Below are positions 27,221-33,377 of a stretch of 37,008 bases of DNA, piece after piece. Both the position numbers and the translations under genes were made by a program. Origin of the DNA: Candidatus Udaeobacter sp. (GTDB taxonomy: Bacteria; Verrucomicrobiota; Verrucomicrobiia; Chthoniobacterales; UBA10450); assembly GCA_036269155.1 (NCBI GenBank), contig DATASP010000152.1, positions 1-37,008 of the forward strand, given 5' to 3'. The notes beneath the pieces are model-generated. The model saw only the letters and a program-made list of their open reading frames with translations. It was not told the origin of the DNA and made no database searches. Position 1 is the stretch's first letter. Every line of letters starts with the position of its first letter.

Positions 27221-29434
27221 ATGGCAAAACACGTTTCTGTGCGGTCAGTCATCCCGAAGCTTGGGGTGATTTCCGGGATTTGTGCTGTCCTCGCCGCGAT
27301 TACCTGGTTGGTTTTTGGTCAAACCCTAGCGCACCAGTTCGTCACCTACGACGACCCACAGTATGTTTACGAGAATGCAAAGGTTGCCGCAGGACTCTCG
27401 CCAGAGAGCGTGCTTTGGGCCTTTACGCACACTGTAGGTGGTAACTGGCATCCGCTCACGGTCATTTCGCACATGTTGGATTGTCAGCTGTACGGTTTGA
27501 AGCCGGCCGGACACCATTTCACAAACCTTCTTTTGCATACCATCGCTGTCATCCTCCTGTTTCTCGTGCTGCGACGAATGACAGGCACTTTGTGGCAAAG
27601 CGCTTTTGTTGCGGCGTTATTCGCAATTCATCCGTTGCACGTGGAGTCGGTCGCATGGATCTCTGAGCGGAAAGACCTATTAAGCGCCGTCTTTTTCATG
27701 CTCACGCTCGGTGCTTACATCCGATATGTTCACAAGCCCTCGTTGACATCCTACATCCTTGTCCTGCTCGTGTTCGCGTTCGGCCTGATGTCGAAACCGA
27801 TGCTGGTGACCGTTCCGTTCGTTCTCCTATTGCTGGATTACTGGCCCTTAAAGCGATTCGCGCCAGAAGCTCCAGTCAAGCGTGGCCAGCAGCGTATAGT
27901 TGAAGATCGCGAGAGTATTCGACGAATTCTCCTCGAAAAAATTCCACTGCTACTTTTTTCATTTGGCTCTTGCGCGGCAACTCTTCTTGCTCAGCGCCAT
28001 TTTATCGACCCGATCGGCCATCTGTCACTGATAAACCGATTTTCTAATGCCGCTGTATCAACAGTCATTTATCTGCGACAACTCGTGTGGCCATTTGGAT
28101 TGTCCGTCTTTTACCCTCATCCGAGGCACAGCCTCTCTCTCGTACAAGTTTCGGTGGCGGCGCTGTTCCTCATCGCGGTCAGCGCAGCTGCTTTCATGTG
28201 CAGACGGAGACATCCTTATTTTTTTACGGGTTGGTTTTGGTTTTTGGGAATGCTCGTGCCGGTGAGCGGCATCATACAGGTCGGCGAGCAGGCTCACGCG
28301 GATCGCTACATGTACCTGCCTCAGATCGGTCTGTATATTCTTGTGACGTGGTTCGTTGCCGACACTGTCTCCTCGTGGCGCCATCGACGCATTCTTCTCG
28401 CCACGGCAATGGCCTCCTCGATCGCCCTCTTGGTGTACCCCGCATGGAAGCAAACCAGCTACTGGCGTGATGGCCGCGCACTTTGGACGCACGCCCTCGC
28501 GGTCGATCCACAGAACGACACGGCTCACATTAGTATTTGCGATCTTGACCTGCGCGAAAACCGCCTGGACGACGCAATTCTTCATGCACGCAAAGCATTG
28601 GAGATCCGACCCGACAGCGCCGATGCTGAGAGTCGTCTCGGTGTTGCGCTTTCAGCAAGTGGGCAAAACGAAGAGGCGAGCATCCACTTCAGAAGGGCTC
28701 TCGAGACGCATCAGATTCGTCCCCGGCTCCACTACAACCTCGCCTCATTACTTCTGAATAGTGGACATCTCGATGAGGCAATCGCTGAATTTCAGAAAGA
28801 ATTGCAAATCCAGCCGGAGTTCGTGGAAGCGCACAATAACCTCGGCATTGCGCTTAGATCAAAAGGAGAACTCGATGAGGCACTTGCTCATTTCCAGAAG
28901 GCTTTGGAGCTGGATCCGCACCTACCCAAGGTTCATCACAACATCGCCATGATCCTGTTGCGGCAGGGTCAGCTCGATCAGGCAGTCGCTCATTTACAGA
29001 AGGAGCTGCAAGTGAGTCCCGCCAGCGCGGAGGCACACAACGACCTCGGTATCGTGTGGTCGCAACAGGGCCGAATCGATCGGGCAATCAACGAATGGCA
29101 AAAGACGCTGGAGCTACAGCCAGGCAATCTAAACGCCTACTGCAATCTCGTGTGGGTGTTCGCTACATTTCCTGACGACGTGATTCGAAGCGGGGCAAAA
29201 GCAGTTGCTCTGGGCGAGCGTGCGCTGCAGCTCTCCGGCGAGAAAGATCCTCGGGTCTACCGGCTGCTTGCTGCTGCGTATGCGGAGAATCATCAATTCG
29301 ACAAGGCAATTGAGACAGCGCAGCGTGGCTCGGAGTTGGCCACGAAGCAGGGAAATTACGCGGCGGCAAACGCGCTCGAATCGAATATCGATCTTTACCG
29401 AAAGAGCCTCCCGCTGCGCGACTCGAGCGAGTAA
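27221..29434 (+). CDS. TMTC-like GT-C/TPR protein (paralogue P5, type B)
   Basis: ATG preceded by AGGAA. Motifs: VFGQTLAHQFVTYDDPQYVYEN, NWHPLTVISHMLDCQLYGLKPAGHHFTN, HPLHVESVAWISERKDLLSAVFFMLTLGAY. About 7 TPRs and the shared C-terminal module follow. Confidence 0.88.
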   Translation: MAKHVSVRSVIPKLGVISGICAVLAAITWLVFGQTLAHQFVTYDDPQYVYENAKVAAGLSPESVLWAFTHTVGGNWHPLTVISHMLDCQLYGLKPAGHHFTNLLLHTIAVILLFLVLRRMTGTLWQSAFVAALFAIHPLHVESVAWISERKDLLSAVFFMLTLGAYIRYVHKPSLTSYILVLLVFAFGLMSKPMLVTVPFVLLLLDYWPLKRFAPEAPVKRGQQRIVEDRESIRRILLEKIPLLLFSFGSCAATLLAQRHFIDPIGHLSLINRFSNAAVSTVIYLRQLVWPFGLSVFYPHPRHSLSLVQVSVAALFLIAVSAAAFMCRRRHPYFFTGWFWFLGMLVPVSGIIQVGEQAHADRYMYLPQIGLYILVTWFVADTVSSWRHRRILLATAMASSIALLVYPAWKQTSYWRDGRALWTHALAVDPQNDTAHISICDLDLRENRLDDAILHARKALEIRPDSADAESRLGVALSASGQNEEASIHFRRALETHQIRPRLHYNLASLLLNSGHLDEAIAEFQKELQIQPEFVEAHNNLGIALRSKGELDEALAHFQKALELDPHLPKVHHNIAMILLRQGQLDQAVAHLQKELQVSPASAEAHNDLGIVWSQQGRIDRAINEWQKTLELQPGNLNAYCNLVWVFATFPDDVIRSGAKAVALGERALQLSGEKDPRVYRLLAAAYAENHQFDKAIETAQRGSELATKQGNYAAANALESNIDLYRKSLPLRDSSE

Positions 29435-29610
29435 AAGCGTGGCCCTGCGTGATTATATTGATACAACGACTGAGACGGCACGGTGCCCGGGCAAGCAACT
29501 CTGTAATCTTCCGCAAAATTCCTCGGATAGCTCCAGAAATTGTCATCACGCGGCATCGTTTGGAATTCAACCGTTAGAGCCTGTTCGGACTTTCGCTCGA
29601 GATGGCAAGG

Positions 29611-29653
29611 GAAGCAGAAGCAAAACGGCCGGGCTCCGTGAAGAACCCGGCCG
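29611..29653 (-). terminator. Intrinsic terminator downstream of the TonB-dependent receptor gene
   Basis: A perfect 8-bp GC stem (cggccggg at 29626-29633 pairs with cccggccg at 29646-29653) with a 12-nt loop. On the minus strand it is followed by TTTTGCTTCTGCTTC. It lies 26 nt past the stop at 29679. Confidence 0.6.
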
Positions 29654-29678
29654 CTTGTGAATTATCCTGCTTTGTGCT

Positions 29679-32600
29679 TTAGAATCGCTTCTTCAGCCCG
29701 ACGTACCAGAACCGGCCTTTGATGGTAGCAATCGACTCGTCGTACCCGTTCTCAAACGAGCCAGCTACAAACGGTGGATCTTCGTCGGTCACGTTCTGCA
29801 GACCAAGCGTGACCGTGGTATTGTTGAGCCACCATCTCCAGTTGTTGCAGCCGTACTCGGCCGTCGATACTGGGATGACATTCTTCTCCTTGCCATCCTT
29901 GCCGCTCTTCACGTTTTTACCGCCGTCCTTGGCATAACCGGGCACCTCGGCTGCAGGCGGTGGCGGCAGGTTGAACGTGTAGTTTAAGATGAGATCCAGC
30001 GTAGTCCACATGGCCACTTTTCGCGCACGGTCAGGAAAGGCACCGCTTCTGGGCTCTTGTGGCTTCGACGCTGCTGTAAGGTCGAAATTGTCGTCCTCAA
30101 ATTGGCCTATCCAGTGGACTACCGCACCAACATCCAAACCACCCGCCCACGTGTCAGCCGGGCCATCGTAGAAGATACTGAAGTTGGCCCGATCCCATGG
30201 CAGCGAACTGGTCAGGGTGAATGACGTAGGGATGAACTGGCCCCCGATACCAAACCGTTTTGAATCTGGGGTAGGTTGAAGCTCAGCTCGGAACAGGTGG
30301 GTTCCGTTGATCGTGGTGGTTACCCTGCCCCAATCGCTGCCGCCAAAGATCGTAGAATCCAGAATATAGATAGCTTCGTAGTCCAGACCTTCGAAGATCG
30401 CGCCGGCGACGTTGAAGCTAGGATCCTGGACCAGAGTGACTGGACCGAATACGCCGCCAGGCGGCGGGGCATCACGAGTTACCAAGGCGTCAAAAGGCGC
30501 ACGATTACTGTTCTGGATTATGAACTGCGCACCGAGGACTGTCACGAGGTCGCGCATGTCAATGTGCCAATAGTCCGCGCTTAGTGTCAGGCCCTTGACC
30601 CATTTCGGGCTCCAAACCGCTCCATAGGTCCATTCATAGGCAACTTCCGGATGCAGATTGGGATTTCCGGCAATGCGTTCCTCGATCTGCGGCTGAGTCC
30701 GGAATTGCACCGGATTAGTGACCGTAAACGGATCTACCACGAGCGGGAAGTTCTGACTGCCCGCGGGCGTAAGCTCCGACAGGGTGGGCGCATGAAACGC
30801 TTCCGTATAGCTGCCACGCAGCGTTACCGCGCCGATATACTTGGGATCAAGCGGCTGCCAGCGGACAGACACCTTCGGTTTCTGCGCGTTATACCTGCTG
30901 TGCACCGCCGGCTGAAACGGCACCAGAACCGTAGATGTATTATTGCTGTACCATTCTTCCCGCTCAGCAAAATCAACCTCAAAACTGTAGAACCCGGGGA
31001 AGTTCCACGTGGGGCTGGTGAAAGGCACCCGCACTTCCTCGTAGACTGCCCAGATGTCCCGATTCACACGGTAGCTTTGTCCGTCCACCGAGCCAATCGA
31101 TTGAAACGTATTGTTCAACGGGTCACGATCGCGAGTGAACCTCGGCGCGTCATACTCGCCGCCAATCGCGAAAGAGATTGGCCCGGCGGGAAGACTGAAC
31201 AGGTCGCCGTTAATGGTCGCATAGTAAATTGGCAGCTCATATTCGCCGGTATTTTGCAGGTTGACATAAACCCCTGCTCTGGCCGCCCTGCTGTTGTGAC
31301 CATTAATGCCAAAAAAGGGATCAAACGCTGTGGCCAGATCGGTCGACAGTAGCGCATCGCGCAACCCGGGCTGGCTGACCTCTCCTATGGATATGTCTTT
31401 TCCTTCGTTCCGTGAGTAGCGGAAGCCCGTTTCCCAGTTCCAAGTCTTGAAGTAATCGGCAATTTCTCCCATCTCACCGCGGAGCCCAACATCGAACAGG
31501 TAATCATTGTATGTGAACTGTTCATGTCTGGGCCCGGTGTCGTTAATCCCACGAAACTTAACCCCGGTAGTCACAGGGACACCGACTCCGTTAATATCCA
31601 GAATCCTGTCCGCGACTGTGAAGGGATTAAAGGGGTTCGCGATAGGCACACTGATGCCTTGGGGGCTGAATCCGACGTTGCTACCTGGAACCTTGAACGG
31701 ATCAGGCGTAAACGGCACAGCCGCCAACGATGCATCGAAATACGAGCGCGCTACCTTGAAATCGGCAAATATTGTCAGGTACTTGTCGCATATGTCGCGC
31801 GTAAACGAGCCGTAGTACACTTGACGGTCCCCTGGCGGCAGCGCCGGCGTGAAAGCCGCGAAGTTAAAAAGGACATAATTCCCATCCAGCACTTGCGGCG
31901 ACCCAAAGCCAACGTTTGTGTGGTTAAACACAACAGTTTGGAAGCCATTGTTATTGATTGGCCCCGGGACGAGTCCATTATAAAATGGAGAAGTCTGACG
32001 GTTTGGCGCCGAGTGTGCAGGCGGAGTATTCACGCCGAACTGCGGAAGACCCGGTGGCGCGAAAAACAGGCTCGGAATCAAGCGCGTACCTGCGGTGGTA
32101 ATTGCGCCAGGAAAATTGCTGCTGCGCGGATTATTTCCCCCAAACCGGGTGAAATCCCCATTGGAAGCAATATCGCGGTCACGACTGAAAACGCCACCGA
32201 GGCGCTCCCAGAAATCGGCAATGACCACGATATCCGTCTTGTCATCGCCGGTGCCCGCTTTAATCCATGACTCCCACTCGCCCATCTCATTGGAGGCGCC
32301 CAAGTTTGTGTTCCCGTAGGTCGCTCCAATCTCCAGGCCGCGGAATTTGTGGATCAAAAAGAAATTGACCACGCCAGCGATCGCGTCGGAGCCGTACACA
32401 GCCGAGGCGCCATCCTTGAGAATATCAACGTGATCGACCATGGAGAAGGGGATCAGGTTAATGTCCGGACCTCCGCTAGTGCCAGCGCCGGCCAACGAGC
32501 CATAAGCCACCCGTTTGCCATCGATGAGAACCAAAGTCTCCTTGGGCAACAGACCGCGCAGGTTAAACTGGACGGTGCCGTCACCGGCATTGCCGATGTT

Positions 32601-32930
32601 CAGGTTAACAGTCCCGCCCGCCTCCTGCGGGATGAATTCCTGCAGATCGGTTGCACTGCGAATGCCCAGTTTCTCGATGTCCTGCGGACGGTACGTGTCC
32701 ACTGGGTTCGGGCCGGTCTCTTCCGCTGTGGGAATGTTCGAACCCGTTACGACGACGCGTTCGACCTCAGCCGCCGATGCAGGTGCAGGCGCACCGGGCG
32801 GAGGCGGAGCTGGCTCGGCGGGAGCCGGCAACTGCGCGAAGGCGTTGGATGCGATGATGAACGGAAATCCGACGCCCGCCATGAGAGCGAGCCGAACGAA
32901 TCTAAACGTTTTTAGTGCGTTTTTAGTCAT
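29679..32930 (-). CDS. TonB-dependent outer-membrane receptor
   Basis: Signal peptide (LALMAGVGFPFIIASNAFAQ), then a Pro/Ala-rich linker. TonB-box/plug region ERVVVTGSNIPTAEE ... LRGLLPKETLVLIDGKRV. A long beta-barrel ends in the terminal aromatic residue (RFWYVGLKKRF*). I prefer the ATG at 32930 (GGAGA 5 nt upstream) to 32942. Confidence 0.9.
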   Translation of the reverse strand: MTKNALKTFRFVRLALMAGVGFPFIIASNAFAQLPAPAEPAPPPPGAPAPASAAEVERVVVTGSNIPTAEETGPNPVDTYRPQDIEKLGIRSATDLQEFIPQEAGGTVNLNIGNAGDGTVQFNLRGLLPKETLVLIDGKRVAYGSLAGAGTSGGPDINLIPFSMVDHVDILKDGASAVYGSDAIAGVVNFFLIHKFRGLEIGATYGNTNLGASNEMGEWESWIKAGTGDDKTDIVVIADFWERLGGVFSRDRDIASNGDFTRFGGNNPRSSNFPGAITTAGTRLIPSLFFAPPGLPQFGVNTPPAHSAPNRQTSPFYNGLVPGPINNNGFQTVVFNHTNVGFGSPQVLDGNYVLFNFAAFTPALPPGDRQVYYGSFTRDICDKYLTIFADFKVARSYFDASLAAVPFTPDPFKVPGSNVGFSPQGISVPIANPFNPFTVADRILDINGVGVPVTTGVKFRGINDTGPRHEQFTYNDYLFDVGLRGEMGEIADYFKTWNWETGFRYSRNEGKDISIGEVSQPGLRDALLSTDLATAFDPFFGINGHNSRAARAGVYVNLQNTGEYELPIYYATINGDLFSLPAGPISFAIGGEYDAPRFTRDRDPLNNTFQSIGSVDGQSYRVNRDIWAVYEEVRVPFTSPTWNFPGFYSFEVDFAEREEWYSNNTSTVLVPFQPAVHSRYNAQKPKVSVRWQPLDPKYIGAVTLRGSYTEAFHAPTLSELTPAGSQNFPLVVDPFTVTNPVQFRTQPQIEERIAGNPNLHPEVAYEWTYGAVWSPKWVKGLTLSADYWHIDMRDLVTVLGAQFIIQNSNRAPFDALVTRDAPPPGGVFGPVTLVQDPSFNVAGAIFEGLDYEAIYILDSTIFGGSDWGRVTTTINGTHLFRAELQPTPDSKRFGIGGQFIPTSFTLTSSLPWDRANFSIFYDGPADTWAGGLDVGAVVHWIGQFEDDNFDLTAASKPQEPRSGAFPDRARKVAMWTTLDLILNYTFNLPPPPAAEVPGYAKDGGKNVKSGKDGKEKNVIPVSTAEYGCNNWRWWLNNTTVTLGLQNVTDEDPPFVAGSFENGYDESIATIKGRFWYVGLKKRF

Positions 32931-32987
32931 TAGTTTCTCCATTGGTTTGGTTAGGTTTCGGCAGGGTTATTAAATTTCTAAAGGTCT

Positions 32988-33029
32988 GACAAGCTTTTTT
33001 TTCACTTTTTTTGTACTTTTTTTGAACGG
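32988..33029. repeat. Phased T/A-tract module, copy 1 (upstream of the TonB-dependent receptor gene)
   Basis: gacaagc-T8-cac-T7-gtac-T7-gaacgg. The tract centres are about 10.5-11 nt apart. Confidence 0.7.
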
Positions 33030-33085
33030 CCAAACAGTGCTGTTTGTCGCTCGAATTCCCGGTCTAGCGGAAGAGGGCAATGGCT

Positions 33086-33127
33086 GGCAAGCTTTTTTTC
33101 TCAATTTTTGAAACTTTTTTTTAACGG
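33086..33127. repeat. Phased T/A-tract module, copy 2
   Basis: ggcaagc-T7-ctcaa-T5-gaaac-T8-aacgg. It has the same flanks (caagc ... aacgg) and the same three-tract layout as copy 1, and sits 98 nt away in direct orientation. Confidence 0.7.
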
Positions 33128-33160
33128 TTTGGAGACGCGGATGTCATCTTCGGCCCCGAT

Positions 33161-33268
33161 TTAGGTGCGCCTGCTCATCGACGTTGTTGAAAACGAAAAC
33201 ACGGGCCGAGCAAAGCGCGTTGCGCCGATCATGATCGCCAATCCAATGACCAGCCTGTGCCGGCGCAT
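33161..33268 (-). CDS. Possible 35-aa small membrane peptide (speculative)
   Basis: GAGGAGG lies 8 nt upstream of the ATG (33268-33266). Translation: MRRHRLVIGLAIMIGATRFARPVFSFSTTSMSRRT*. That is a basic N-terminus, one hydrophobic stretch and a basic tail. It sits in the intergenic region between the SpeE-like gene and the receptor gene. Confidence 0.25.
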   Translation of the reverse strand: MRRHRLVIGLAIMIGATRFARPVFSFSTTSMSRRT

Positions 33269-33377
33269 CAATGTTTCCTCCTCGATTCGCTGGCGCGCGT
33301 CGCGACAGGCTCGTGCGACCGACGACCGATGTGATTTTCCTGATGCGCGATCGAGCCGCAGCGCTTCAGCATCGCAT

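Noticed and set aside
30276-32973. Multiple + strand ORFs (30276..30584, 30651..31352, 31524..32270, 32349..32915, 32515..32973)
   Set aside because: All run antisense to the TonB-dependent receptor gene. Their translations are Arg-rich nonsense with no motifs.
32943-33377. Possible riboswitch (for example cobalamin) in the 5' region of the TonB-dependent receptor gene
   Set aside because: I could not find a B12-box-like core or the conserved GGGAA/GGTGAAAATCC-type elements on the minus strand. The region is better described by the A-tract modules and a possible small ORF.
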